Source of the DNA: a virus
Taxonomy: Duplodnaviria > Caudoviricetes
Virus record (IMG/VR): IMGVR_UViG_3300050014_000104
Location: 1-55,703 of that record
Reading direction: 5' to 3' (one strand)
DNA: 55,703 nt
Part shown: positions 9,356 to 19,118 of the stretch, piece after piece
How positions within the stretch are numbered: the stretch's first letter is position 1
How the letters are laid out: every line of letters starts with the position of its first letter
The notes under the pieces: model-generated
The model's input: only the letters and a program-made list of their open reading frames with translations
Databases searched by the model: none
What the model was told of the DNA's origin: nothing
Translations under genes and position numbers: made by a program

Positions 9356-10716
9356 ATAAGAAGGAAGGGACGGTGTACCTTTGGGATGATGAAAAAGGAA
9401 TGACGACGTTCCCCTATCGTCGTTATGCCTACCGCCGTGCCCAAGGTGGAAAGTACAAATCATTGTACGGCGATGAATTGGACATGGTAACGGCGTTTGA
9501 TGACCGTGACCCCACTCTGTTTGAGTCTGATGTGGCTCCTGAGATGCGAGTTCTCATTGACCAATATGAGAATAGCGACGACCCCTCCACGGGGCATAAA
9601 GTAGTCGTCATTGACATTGAGGTTAGTTCCGAGGGTGGATTCCCCGACATTCTCAAGGCCGATAAGACCATTACGGCCATTGCCTTTTTCGACCAAGCGG
9701 CAAACAAATACTATTCGTTCGTCCTTGACCCCGAATCAAAGATTTCAGGTAGTGTTACCCCTGAATTGGAGACTCGCTCTTACAAGTGCGAGGATACCCT
9801 TCTTCACGAGTTCCTGACTAAATGGGAAGAGATTCAGCCTTCTATTGTCACAGGATGGAACACTAACAACTTCGATATTCCCTACATCTACAATCGTGTT
9901 CGTGCAGTTCTTGGAAAGCAGGCAAGCTATCGCCTGTCTCCGATTGGTATTGCATATCAAAACAAGTTCAATCATCGTATGGTGGTCGCCGGTGTTGCAA
10001 TGCTGGATTACATGGAACTCTACAAGAAGTTCGTAGGTGTGATGAAGCCGTCATGGTCTTTGGCTAATGTAGCGAAGGATGAAGAATTGAAGGTTCAGAA
10101 GATTACTTACAAAGGCAGTCTGACAAACCTATACAAAACAGACATTCATCGCTATGCCGAATACAACCTAGTGGACGTAAAGGTGGTTGTTGAACTGGAC
10201 AAGAAGTACGATTTCATCCATCTTGCCCAAGCTGTTTGTCACAAGGGGCATGTTCCCTATGAATGGTTCCAGATGTCAAGCCGTTTCATTGATGGCGCTA
10301 TCCTGATGTACCTTCGCCGCAATGGTAAGGTAGCTCCCAACAAGCCCATTGGTGGTCGGGAAGAGTATGAGGAAATGCAACAAGGCGATGATGATGGCTT
10401 TACGGGTGCTTTCGTCAAAGAGCCAATCAGTGGCCTATACGACTGGATTTGCTCCGCAGATATTACGTCCCTGTATCCGTCTGTCATTATGACGCTGAAT
10501 ATCTCCCCCGAGACAAAGCTTGGGAAGATTGAAGGATGGAATATGATGTCATTCCAGCGGGGAGAAATTCCTGTAGTCCGAGTCAATGAGCGTGGGTATT
10601 CTGCCGCAGACTTCACGAAGATGATTGCCAACTATACGTGGTCTATTAGTGCCAACGGAGTTGTTTATTCACAACCACATAGGAAAATCATAGGTAAAGT
10701 TCTAACGAAAGGTTAG
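9334..10716 (+). CDS. family B DNA polymerase, N-terminal fragment (exonuclease plus motif A)
   Basis: ExoI DIEV, ExoII GWN...FDIPY, ExoIII YNLVD, motif A DITSLYPS; TTG start, TAG stop. Confidence 0.95.
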   Translation: MYQNVFINKKEGTVYLWDDEKGMTTFPYRRYAYRRAQGGKYKSLYGDELDMVTAFDDRDPTLFESDVAPEMRVLIDQYENSDDPSTGHKVVVIDIEVSSEGGFPDILKADKTITAIAFFDQAANKYYSFVLDPESKISGSVTPELETRSYKCEDTLLHEFLTKWEEIQPSIVTGWNTNNFDIPYIYNRVRAVLGKQASYRLSPIGIAYQNKFNHRMVVAGVAMLDYMELYKKFVGVMKPSWSLANVAKDEELKVQKITYKGSLTNLYKTDIHRYAEYNLVDVKVVVELDKKYDFIHLAQAVCHKGHVPYEWFQMSSRFIDGAILMYLRRNGKVAPNKPIGGREEYEEMQQGDDDGFTGAFVKEPISGLYDWICSADITSLYPSVIMTLNISPETKLGKIEGWNMMSFQRGEIPVVRVNERGYSAADFTKMIANYTWSISANGVVYSQPHRKIIGKVLTKG

Positions 10717-10717
10717 T

Positions 10718-10927
10718 ATGGAATACATTGTAAATAGTTGGTATGATGATTATTATAGAGACGCCTATAAAAGCTATAGTAAAGATGAACTCATTGGGTT
10801 CATAATCAAACTTCAATGGATGCATAACAATCATGTCCAAGAAAAATGTCTTCTAAAAACTATGATGAGAGCCGAGGGAGAAAGATTGGTTTCAGTCGCC
10901 GATAGATTTGATATTCAACACAAATAG
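10718..10927 (+). CDS. small hypothetical protein between the polymerase halves
   Basis: AT-rich 69-aa ORF starting 1 nt after the stop of the N-fragment. Confidence 0.55.
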   Translation: MEYIVNSWYDDYYRDAYKSYSKDELIGFIIKLQWMHNNHVQEKCLLKTMMRAEGERLVSVADRFDIQHK

Positions 10928-10976
10928 TCCGTTGGAATGTCTTTTGTGTTGATATGTATTAGTAGAAAGGTATTCT

Positions 10977-11582
10977 ATGAAAAAAGGCGAAAGCAAATAT
11001 GTAGGAAAATATCAACAAGGAGAAGAGATTGGACTGTGGACTGTAATAAGCAAAATCCCGTTTCCAGACTATGAAACATTCAAATGCTATTGTGTGAAAG
11101 TGAAATGTAAGTGTGGAAACGAGCAAGTTGTACCATGCCATAGATTTGAATACAAACATAGTAATGGATGCCAACACTGTAAAATAGCTGGTACTGGAAG
11201 TTACTTATGGAGGGGGGTTGGGGAAATATCTGGAAGATTGTTGTCCCAAATCAAAAACAGTGCGAAAGTTAGAAAGATAGAACATGACGTGAGCGGAGAT
11301 TATTTGTGGGAACTCTTTCTAAAACAAGGACGAAAATGTGCCTTAACAGGAGAAGAGTTGGTATTTGATAGTAGTCATTTTGACAAGAACACGGCATCAT
11401 TAGATAGAATAGATAGTTCAAAGGGTTACGTTGAGGGTAACGTTATGTGGGTTCATAAACACATCAATCTAATGAAACACGTATTTGATTTAGACTACTT
11501 CGTGGATTTATGCGGAAAGATTTATGGACGAAGAAAAAAAATACAAAATAGAGATTTCTGGAAAGCAGATGGAACTTACTAA
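10977..11582 (+). CDS. HNH-like homing endonuclease interrupting the polymerase locus
   Basis: KCALTG...ASLDRIDSSKGYVEGNVMWVHKHIN; paralog of 6682-7281. Confidence 0.88.
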   Translation: MKKGESKYVGKYQQGEEIGLWTVISKIPFPDYETFKCYCVKVKCKCGNEQVVPCHRFEYKHSNGCQHCKIAGTGSYLWRGVGEISGRLLSQIKNSAKVRKIEHDVSGDYLWELFLKQGRKCALTGEELVFDSSHFDKNTASLDRIDSSKGYVEGNVMWVHKHINLMKHVFDLDYFVDLCGKIYGRRKKIQNRDFWKADGTY

Positions 11583-12885
11583 AAAAGAGTTTGATGCTTT
11601 ATTAGAAAAAAATGGATGGAAGGTTGATGCCGATGGAAACATCTATGAAGAAGAGGGAAGAGGCGTGGTTCCCACGATACTTGATATATGGTTTCGTGAG
11701 AGGGTAGAGTATCGCAAGCTTCAAAAGAAGTTCTCCGACGAAGGGGACAAGGTTCAGTCGGAGTTCTACAAACGCCGTCAGTTGAGGCAGAAGATTTTCT
11801 TGAACTCGGTGTATGGAACGTTGGGTCTTCCAATCTTCCGCTTCTATGACCGAGACAACGCCGAAGCCGTGACCATCTCGGGTCAAGAGATTATTCGCTC
11901 GGCTGAGAAGTTGGTTAATGACATGTATTTCACGAAGTTCAAGGAAGCTAACGTCAATCCTCCGACGCAGGACTTCGTAGTGTATATTGATACTGATTCG
12001 TTGTACATGTCGGCATTGCCTGTCGGCAAACTTGCTGGCGTGAATCCCGAAGGCATGACCAAGTTTACCATTGATTGGGTGACGCAAGTAGCGAGCAAAA
12101 TCAATCAGTTCTACGAGTACATGGTGCCTAAGATATTCAATGTGGCACCCAATTACAACCGTATTAGAATCGTTCCCGATGTAGTAGCCAAGAAGGCTCT
12201 CTGGGTGGTTAAGAAGCGTTACGCCATGCTCAAGGTGTTTGACATGGAGTCAATGAAGCCTGTTAAGACTAAGGATGGTAAAGAGGGCAAGCTTGAAGTC
12301 AAAGGCATTGACGTGGTTCGCTCTAGCTTCCCCACAGCATTCCGTAAGTTCGCTTCGGATGCGTTGGACTCTTTGCTCCGTGGTATTCCTCAGAAAGAAC
12401 TGGACGAGCGCATTATGGTGTTTGAGGAAGGTATAGAGAAATGTTCTGTATTCGACCTTGCTAAGACGAGTTCTGTCAGGTTCATCTCTCGCAACGGCGA
12501 AGATAATTACAATCCATCCACTCGCAAACTGTTCCAGTTTATTAACAAGTCCCCCGCTCAAGTGCGTGCGGCCTTGGCCTACAACGACCTCTTGAAGGTG
12601 TGGAAGCTGGACCGACAGTTCGAGAAGATTACCCACAGTGAGAAAATCAAGTGGTGCTATCTTCTTCCTAATGACTTCTATGTGGAAGCCTTGGCGATGA
12701 AGGGTGATGATACTGACCCCGATGAAATTCTCAATTTTATTGAGGCTCATATTGACCGTAACAAGATGTATGAGCGGGAATTGAAAAGCAAACTCGGAGA
12801 CATTTATGAGGCTATTGGTTGGAGATACCCCAATCGTGGTTCTCAATTAGCATCAGAAACATTCAACTTTGAGGAACAATGGTAA
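11524..12885 (+). CDS. family B DNA polymerase, C-terminal fragment
   Basis: Motif B KIFLNSVYG, motif C YIDTDS, KKRY and KGIDVVRSS. Confidence 0.95.
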   Translation: MDEEKKYKIEISGKQMELTKKEFDALLEKNGWKVDADGNIYEEEGRGVVPTILDIWFRERVEYRKLQKKFSDEGDKVQSEFYKRRQLRQKIFLNSVYGTLGLPIFRFYDRDNAEAVTISGQEIIRSAEKLVNDMYFTKFKEANVNPPTQDFVVYIDTDSLYMSALPVGKLAGVNPEGMTKFTIDWVTQVASKINQFYEYMVPKIFNVAPNYNRIRIVPDVVAKKALWVVKKRYAMLKVFDMESMKPVKTKDGKEGKLEVKGIDVVRSSFPTAFRKFASDALDSLLRGIPQKELDERIMVFEEGIEKCSVFDLAKTSSVRFISRNGEDNYNPSTRKLFQFINKSPAQVRAALAYNDLLKVWKLDRQFEKITHSEKIKWCYLLPNDFYVEALAMKGDDTDPDEILNFIEAHIDRNKMYERELKSKLGDIYEAIGWRYPNRGSQLASETFNFEEQW

Positions 12886-12886
12886 T

Positions 12887-13228
12887 ATGAACGACACCAG
12901 CTATCCTAAAGGACCAGTAAACATTAGCAAGCATCCGCTATTAAAGCGGGCATATGAATTGTGTCGGGAGATAGACACCCTTCCTGCCTCGGTGGAACAA
13001 ACGTTCGTTGTTACGAAGGCGTCACAGTTGCTTAATTTCTTACAATGCTATTTCGAAGAAAAGGGATTCCCGCCTCCACCCGCCCCCGAACTGTGTAAAC
13101 ACAACGTTCCGATAGATGACATTTGTGATGAATGTTCTAAAGAAATGGGACTCAGCAGTTGCGAACAGTGTGGGGAGATTGCATGGGATGGCCGTATTTG
13201 TCATGCTTGTGGCATGAAAGAGATTTGA
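12887..13228 (+). CDS. Cys-rich hypothetical protein
   Basis: LPAS..QT module plus several CxxC motifs. Confidence 0.65.
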   Translation: MNDTSYPKGPVNISKHPLLKRAYELCREIDTLPASVEQTFVVTKASQLLNFLQCYFEEKGFPPPPAPELCKHNVPIDDICDECSKEMGLSSCEQCGEIAWDGRICHACGMKEI

Positions 13229-13279
13229 GATATAATAAATAGACAAAGATAGACAAAAAGAGTAAACTACACGCATAAC

Positions 13280-14023
13280 ATGAAAAAGGAAGTTTTGGAA
13301 ACATTCATTCGGCGCTACACCTTGGGTGGGGAGATTAACAAGGTCAAGTGGAAATACACCGCTGCCGATAAGACACTGCATACACGAGCAGCCGCCGATA
13401 ATCGTAGTTTCGTGGCCGACGTAATCATGAAGGATTTCACGGACTTTGGCCCTAGCGATTTGATTGTATGTATTGGTGACACCGAGAAGATTAAGGGCAT
13501 GATGTCTCCATTCGGTGATGACCTGAATCTGGCCATCAATCAGCAAGGAGACCGCATTCTGGGTTTTACGGTGTCAGACGCAGATTGTGAAAGCTATTGC
13601 ACCGCTGCCGACCCAACGTCTATTGACCCTGTAGCAAAGAACCTTCAAGATGTGCCTGAATATCATGTTGTCGTCTCCCTCACGGAAGATTTCCTTGAGA
13701 AGTTTTTGAAGGCCCGCAGTGCCTTGAAGGATGTTGATTCTTTCTCGGTAGGCATGAACAAAAAAGGGCTGTTTGAAGTGGTTATCGGATATGCCACATC
13801 CAACTCCAATCGTATTCGCATAGTCCCTACCACCGACCCCGTTAAGAACAAGCTGGACGTGGCTTTAGCATTTCCCGTGAAAAACATCGCCGAGGTATTC
13901 AAAGCCAACGCCGATATTCCAAACGGAACAATGTCCATCAACAGTGCTGGTATCACGAAGTTGGATTTCACCAGTGACAAATACACTTGCACTTACTACC
14001 AATTCGCAAACAAGAAAGCATAA
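13280..14023 (+). CDS. putative sliding clamp (gp45-like)
   Basis: 247 aa, two-repeat alpha/beta pattern ending in YYQ, between the polymerase and the clamp loader. Confidence 0.65.
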   Translation: MKKEVLETFIRRYTLGGEINKVKWKYTAADKTLHTRAAADNRSFVADVIMKDFTDFGPSDLIVCIGDTEKIKGMMSPFGDDLNLAINQQGDRILGFTVSDADCESYCTAADPTSIDPVAKNLQDVPEYHVVVSLTEDFLEKFLKARSALKDVDSFSVGMNKKGLFEVVIGYATSNSNRIRIVPTTDPVKNKLDVALAFPVKNIAEVFKANADIPNGTMSINSAGITKLDFTSDKYTCTYYQFANKKA

Positions 14024-14027
14024 ACAT

Positions 14028-14360
14028 ATGATTGAATTCACCAAGAGTTACAAGACAGCGGATGGCGAGGTATTCGCCACCATTGAAGAGGCCAAGCGCC
14101 ATGAGTTGGTTATTGCCCTTAAGAAGATTAACATCCCGCAGGGAGCCAACGTCTCAATGGATGACGTGGCAACGTTGGTGCTGACCGCACAGGACGAAAT
14201 CATTGACATTCTCACGATGTCCCCGAACAGCAAGCCCAAGGCTCGTAAGCTTCACGGCGGCACCAAGGTTCGTGGCAAGAAGACTGTTGTGACAGACGCC
14301 ACGACTTCGGTTACTTCGACCAGCAACGTTCCCCTTAGCGACGGTTCTCCTGACGTATAA
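14028..14360 (+). CDS. hypothetical protein
   Basis: YKTADGEVFATIEEAKRHE motif. Confidence 0.65.
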   Translation: MIEFTKSYKTADGEVFATIEEAKRHELVIALKKINIPQGANVSMDDVATLVLTAQDEIIDILTMSPNSKPKARKLHGGTKVRGKKTVVTDATTSVTSTSNVPLSDGSPDV

Positions 14361-14361
14361 T

Positions 14362-14532
14362 ATGTTGACGTTTGTAAATCATCCTCCTATCTTAGATAGG
14401 TTGAGAGGCATCATCGAAATATGGGATGATGATAAGCAAGCCTATGAAGGCCATACGTTTGAGTTCATAGATTCATTGCATGACATGATTCATGAACAAG
14501 GAAAGTTTGAACCTGCCGATTACACTAAGTAA
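14362..14532 (+). CDS. small hypothetical protein (56 aa)
   Basis: Exactly fills the gap: MLTFVNHPPILDRL... Confidence 0.45.
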   Translation: MLTFVNHPPILDRLRGIIEIWDDDKQAYEGHTFEFIDSLHDMIHEQGKFEPADYTK

Positions 14533-14536
14533 ACCT

Positions 14537-15499
14537 ATGTTTGACCCCGCCACATTCTTTGAAATGGAAACCCGTCCAAAGGTGCCCGACCACAGCCTTT
14601 GGGTAGAGAGGTATCGCCCACAGTCCCTAGAGGATTTTGTGGGCAGTGCCTCTGTCCGGGAGACGTTGAAAATCTGGTTGGAGCAGAAGGACATTCCTCA
14701 CTTGCTCTTTTTCAGTTGGCCCGGGACTGGCAAGACTTCTCTCGGGAAGATGCTGGTCAATCTGATTCCGTGCGATAGTCTTACCATCAACGCCTCGGAC
14801 GAAAATAAGGTGGATGACATTCGCAACAAGGTGCAGGACTTCTGCGTCACAATGGGAGTTCGTCCTCTCAAAATAATGTTCTTGGACGAAGCAGACCGTC
14901 TTACTCCCGATGCCCAAGGCGTCCTCCGCAATCTGATGGAGACGTACTCGCACTCGACTCGGTTTATTCTGACGTGCAATTATCAGGAGAAAATCACCCC
15001 CGCCATCAAGTCCCGTTGCCAAAGCTTCGAAATTAAGCCTCCTTCTAAGCCTGACATCATGGCTCATCTTGTCAAGATTCTTGATAATGAGAAGGTGACA
15101 TACGAAAAGAAGGACGTGGCATTTATTGTAGCGAGCTATTATCCCGACATGCGGAAGATGATTAACTTCATGCAGCAATCGTCTCTCACGAAGACATTGA
15201 AGATTGCGAAGGCTAATACGGCTGACCAAGACTTCCGTGAAAAGCTTCTGGAACTGCTCAAGCAGCCCAAGAAGGCTGGCATCTTTGACGATGTTCGCCA
15301 ACTGGTTGCTGATGCTCAGTTCTCGAACTATGAAGAGGTTTATAAGTATCTCTTCGACCATGTGAATGATTATGCGGGTTCGAAAGCGCCCGAGGTTATC
15401 ATTCATCTTGCTGAGGCCGTGTATCAATCTGCTCTTGTCTTTGAGCGAGAGATTACATTTGTGGCAGCAATGCACCGAATTCTCAACGTTCTCAAGTAA
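14537..15499 (+). CDS. clamp-loader small subunit (RFC/gp44-like AAA+)
   Basis: WVERYRP, PGTGKT, INASD, LDEAD and SRC motifs. Confidence 0.95.
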   Translation: MFDPATFFEMETRPKVPDHSLWVERYRPQSLEDFVGSASVRETLKIWLEQKDIPHLLFFSWPGTGKTSLGKMLVNLIPCDSLTINASDENKVDDIRNKVQDFCVTMGVRPLKIMFLDEADRLTPDAQGVLRNLMETYSHSTRFILTCNYQEKITPAIKSRCQSFEIKPPSKPDIMAHLVKILDNEKVTYEKKDVAFIVASYYPDMRKMINFMQQSSLTKTLKIAKANTADQDFREKLLELLKQPKKAGIFDDVRQLVADAQFSNYEEVYKYLFDHVNDYAGSKAPEVIIHLAEAVYQSALVFEREITFVAAMHRILNVLK

Positions 15500-15726
15500 T
15501 GAAACGGGCAATCAAAAAACTATTTGGAAGAGAAGAGTCCATTAGGTGGGAAGACCCCAAGCTGAATAAACCTCTATCTCTGTTCAGAGGAAATAAGAGA
15601 GTGTCTGATTTGGACGAAGCAACCCATCTGTCCGATGATGACTATCTTCTGATGGTGGATACGAGCGAAAAAAAGAGTGTCAAAGTCAAACTCGGAGCAC
15701 TCAAAGAGTACTTCCGATGGCATTGA
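15499..15726 (+). CDS. hypothetical protein
   Basis: TAATG coupling to the clamp loader. Confidence 0.55.
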   Translation: MKRAIKKLFGREESIRWEDPKLNKPLSLFRGNKRVSDLDEATHLSDDDYLLMVDTSEKKSVKVKLGALKEYFRWH

Positions 15727-15738
15727 CTTTATAAAAAG

Positions 15739-15766
15739 TTGACTCCCCAGTAAGGAGTGATAGAAT
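15739..15766 (+). promoter_or_regulatory. sigma70-like promoter
   Basis: TTGACT-16-TAGAAT with TGn extension; ATG at 15776. Confidence 0.7.
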
Positions 15767-15775
15767 TAGCATAAT

Positions 15776-16024
15776 ATGAAAACACTGGAAGAAAAAAAAG
15801 CCATCTTAACTGAAACCGTCAGAGTGTTCGGCCAGCAAGAATGGTTTCGTGATGCCACTGTCTATGACAAGTATCCTAACACGGGAGAACCCACTTTGGA
15901 GTTCAAGGTGAATTACGTCCCTATCCTTGGCCCCGTCCGAAAGGCGGTAATGGACTTTGCTATGAAGTGCAACTTGGTTGAACGTTTCCTTATCGTTGAC
16001 AAAGACGGCAAGCGAGTTGAATAA
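15776..16024 (+). CDS. hypothetical protein
   Basis: ORF directly after the promoter. Confidence 0.7.
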   Translation: MKTLEEKKAILTETVRVFGQQEWFRDATVYDKYPNTGEPTLEFKVNYVPILGPVRKAVMDFAMKCNLVERFLIVDKDGKRVE

Positions 16025-16635
16025 TGACTGCCATGAAGCGTAAGCGTAAGGTCACTCCGAGTGACGTGTCTGTTTCCATCGCCCCGACCAGCGGTGGATT
16101 GTTGAAGGACACACGCTGTTATCTTATTGGTCACATGCAATACGCCAATGGTAGAGGTTGGCGGGATGTTGTCAAGGAAACTTTCAAGGAGACTGGTATC
16201 AAGTTCTACGACCCTTACCACAAGCCATTTGTACATGACATTCCCGAGGACGAGGCTTCCCGTGCGGATATGCTTCATTGGATGGAGACTGAGCAGTATG
16301 ACCTCGCTGCCCAGCGCATGAAGGAAGTGCGTGGATACGACCTGCGTCTCTGTGACATTTGCGATTGGTTCATTGCTGTAATCAAGCCCTCGGTAGCTTC
16401 GTGGGGTTCTGCCGAAGAAATCACCACGGTCATTCGTGAGAAGAAACCCCTATTCCTTATCATTGACGACCCCCGTGGGAAGCATTCTTGCCCTTTATGG
16501 TTGATGGGAGTTCTCCCGCATAAATATATTTATGATACACTTGAGGAAGCAATACAAACGATTAAGTACATAGATGCGGGGGTTGTTCGTATGTCGTCGG
16601 ATAGGTGGAAATTATTAAAACCCGAACTTCGGTAA
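16024..16635 (+). CDS. nucleoside 2-deoxyribosyltransferase-like protein
   Basis: YLIGHM...WR...YDP...DL...CD...SWGSAEE...KKP. Confidence 0.7.
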   Translation: MTAMKRKRKVTPSDVSVSIAPTSGGLLKDTRCYLIGHMQYANGRGWRDVVKETFKETGIKFYDPYHKPFVHDIPEDEASRADMLHWMETEQYDLAAQRMKEVRGYDLRLCDICDWFIAVIKPSVASWGSAEEITTVIREKKPLFLIIDDPRGKHSCPLWLMGVLPHKYIYDTLEEAIQTIKYIDAGVVRMSSDRWKLLKPELR

Positions 16636-16674
16636 TTCTGTCATTTTTATTATTCCGCCGTGCTATTTATATGC

Positions 16675-17409
16675 ATGAGGATATACAAAAAACAATATGT
16701 AGATATTTCTGGGAAAACATATAATCGTTTAACTGCTATTTGCTATGTTAAGACTCTTGATGGTAGAGCAATATGGAAGTTTAAGTGCCAATGTGGCACC
16801 GAGAAAGAAATAGACGCCAAGTCGGTTAGAACTGGAAACACTAAAAGTTGTGGGTGTGCCAAGTTAGTGCGTGGTCCTAATCAGAGTTTAACTGGGCAGA
16901 GATTTGGGTATCTAACTGTAATTGAGTGCGATGGCAAAGGGTCTAGGAGTGATTATAGATGGAAATGTAAATGTGATTGTGGCAATCATACCATCGTTGA
17001 TACTGCTCCGCTCAAGTATGGGCACATAAAAAGTTGTGGATGCCTTATGCGGGAGACCGTAATAAGGTTGAATAAACAAAGGTCAGGACCAAATCATCCG
17101 CTGTGGAATCCTAACATAACGCAAAAACAGCGAGAATTGCGACGAGTGGAGAGGAAATGGTCAAGCCCACGTCTAAATAGGTGGAGAAACAAGGTATATG
17201 CCCGAGACCATTATACGTGCCAGAAGTGTAATGACGCAAGAGGCGGCAATCTTAATGCCCATCATATATGCTCATGGGCATATTATCCGAGGTTGAGGTA
17301 CATATCATCTAATGGGATTACGTTATGTCGTGAATGCCACAAAGGTTTTCACAACAAGTTTGGAAGAATAAAAAACACAAGAAAACAACTAACGGAGTTT
17401 TTGGTATGA
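16675..17409 (+). CDS. HNH homing endonuclease
   Basis: Two CxCG...SCGC repeats, then RD.YTCQKC...AHHI...NGITLCRECH. Confidence 0.9.
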   Translation: MRIYKKQYVDISGKTYNRLTAICYVKTLDGRAIWKFKCQCGTEKEIDAKSVRTGNTKSCGCAKLVRGPNQSLTGQRFGYLTVIECDGKGSRSDYRWKCKCDCGNHTIVDTAPLKYGHIKSCGCLMRETVIRLNKQRSGPNHPLWNPNITQKQRELRRVERKWSSPRLNRWRNKVYARDHYTCQKCNDARGGNLNAHHICSWAYYPRLRYISSNGITLCRECHKGFHNKFGRIKNTRKQLTEFLV

Positions 17410-17516
17410 AGTACAAAAGAGCAAAATCATGTATTCGGACACATTCTCGGATGATTCGTACTAAACACGGGACGAGAAGTGTAACTGTCAGATGTCATTC
17501 TCGGAAGCATAAATAA
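17406..17516 (+). CDS. small, very basic peptide (36 aa)
   Basis: ATGA-coupled; R/K/H-rich with HSR repeats. Confidence 0.4.
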   Translation: MKYKRAKSCIRTHSRMIRTKHGTRSVTVRCHSRKHK

Positions 17517-17517
17517 T

Positions 17518-17925
17518 ATGCGGTCTGAGTTGATTTATTTGGCGTGTCCGTACAGTCATAAAGAGCGATACGTGCGGGTTGCCCGGTGGATTGCCGCTAA
17601 TCAAGTTGCTGCGAAGTTGATGATAGCCAAGCAGTACGTCTTTAGCCCCATCAGTCATACTCACCCGATTGAAGAGGCCAGCGAGGGAAAGCTACCGATG
17701 GGGTGGGACTTCTGGGAGGGGTTTGACCGCCAGTACCTATCCTTCTGCAAGAAGGTTATAGTCCTCCGTATCCCGGGATGGGAGCAGTCCAAGGGAGTTC
17801 AAGCGGAAATCAAGATAGGAACTGAAATGGGAATCCCCGTGGAATATATGGATTGGGACATGCCGGTGAAGTATGAGGACATCCTTGAACTCTGCAAGCT
17901 TCAAGATACTCTAAAAAGAACGTAA
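17518..17925 (+). CDS. DUF1937 / NDT-fold protein
   Basis: IYLACPYSH...FSPISHTH...GWEQSKGVQAE. Confidence 0.8.
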   Translation: MRSELIYLACPYSHKERYVRVARWIAANQVAAKLMIAKQYVFSPISHTHPIEEASEGKLPMGWDFWEGFDRQYLSFCKKVIVLRIPGWEQSKGVQAEIKIGTEMGIPVEYMDWDMPVKYEDILELCKLQDTLKRT

Positions 17926-17965
17926 GCCCTCTACAATCAGAAATCACTCAAAAAGGTTGTTCTTT

Positions 17966-17997
17966 CGCCGACTGCCGTTTGTCGGCGTTTTCTTTTT
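17966..17997 (+). terminator. intrinsic terminator
   Basis: CGCCGAC/GTCGGCG stem followed by TTTTCTTTTT. Confidence 0.75.
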
Positions 17998-18020
17998 AGG
18001 CAGGATAGTTATTGGTAGTT

Positions 18021-19118
18021 ATGAGCAATAGATTGGTTCCAGCAGTAATAACCGTGGTCCCTAAAATTCCCCTTAAGGGTGTGTATTACATTGGGCAGTA
18101 CGGCACAAGTGGCTATGCCTCAGCCGCCAAGGGATATTTGTATCATTATTTCACAAATGGTATCCCGCTTACGTGGGAACCCCTTTACTTCGATAATTCC
18201 CGCCTCAGTGACGACAACCTTTATGATATTGTCGTCAAGTCTCTCATTAACAAACCTATCGCCCAACATGATTTGGTTATCATGCACTGCACCCCCGACC
18301 TGTGGCCAAAGTTCTGGCTTGATAAACCTAAGATGCTTGAGGGTAAAATTGTGAATGGATATTGCACTTGGGAAACTGACCGTCTTCCCAAGTCATGGGT
18401 TAAGTATATGAATGGCTACGTGAATGAAGTGTGGTGTCCATCCACTTACAATGAGAAAGCGTTTCGTGAATCGGGCGTAGTGAAACCAATTCGAGTGGTT
18501 CCCCATATTTTCCTTCCTCAGCCACTCCCCGACTCAGATAGTGTTAAACTCGTGGACATGAGAAATGGGGATAAAGTAGAAAAAGATGGCCGTTACACGT
18601 TTTATACTATTGGTGAAATGAATGCTCGTAAAGGAATTGAAGACACCATTCAAGCTTTCTGTGAAGGGTTCACGCCGTCCGACCCCGTGCGACTTATTCT
18701 CAAAGTTCATTATCGTAGTTATGCGATGGAAAACAAGAAAAAGTGTGAGGACATGTTGGTAGCTGAAATCAAAAATCATCCGTCTCATCCCCCAATCGTT
18801 TGTTTGCTGGAACCTATGTCTCCGAATGAGATACTAGCCCTTCATTCAATTGGTGATTGTTATCTTGGGTTGACAAAGGCCGAGGGATTTGGGCTGACTA
18901 TTTTTGATGCTTACAACTACGGGAAGAAAATCATTGCTACTGGATATAGTGGTCATATTGACTTCCTTGGAAAAAACTATCCCGGACTTGTGCGCTATAA
19001 GTTAGGTCCAGTGAAAGGAATGACTGCGTTCTCTCCTAATTACACTGACGAACAGTCGTGGGCGTATCCCGACCTTGACCATGCTATTGATTTAATGAGG
19101 AAGGTAGTAAACCTATGA
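18021..19118 (+). CDS. glycosyltransferase (GT4-like, GT-B)
   Basis: SGY...WET..LP...RKG...EGFGL...IATGYSG. Confidence 0.9.
   Translation: MSNRLVPAVITVVPKIPLKGVYYIGQYGTSGYASAAKGYLYHYFTNGIPLTWEPLYFDNSRLSDDNLYDIVVKSLINKPIAQHDLVIMHCTPDLWPKFWLDKPKMLEGKIVNGYCTWETDRLPKSWVKYMNGYVNEVWCPSTYNEKAFRESGVVKPIRVVPHIFLPQPLPDSDSVKLVDMRNGDKVEKDGRYTFYTIGEMNARKGIEDTIQAFCEGFTPSDPVRLILKVHYRSYAMENKKKCEDMLVAEIKNHPSHPPIVCLLEPMSPNEILALHSIGDCYLGLTKAEGFGLTIFDAYNYGKKIIATGYSGHIDFLGKNYPGLVRYKLGPVKGMTAFSPNYTDEQSWAYPDLDHAIDLMRKVVNL

Noticed and set aside
10714-10746. Amber readthrough joining the polymerase halves
   Set aside because: After the TAG the frame meets another TAG and then TGA within 10 codons.
10717-11523. Group I intron or intein in the polymerase
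   Set aside because: The interval is almost entirely coding, with no recognisable P/Q/R/S core and no intein C/S...HN termini. It cannot be fully excluded without a covariance-model search.
14627-15511. Long antisense ORFs (294 aa here; also 12250-12846, 32600-33268, 22414-23064)
   Set aside because: Shadow frames of well-supported genes on the opposite strand, with no recognisable motifs.
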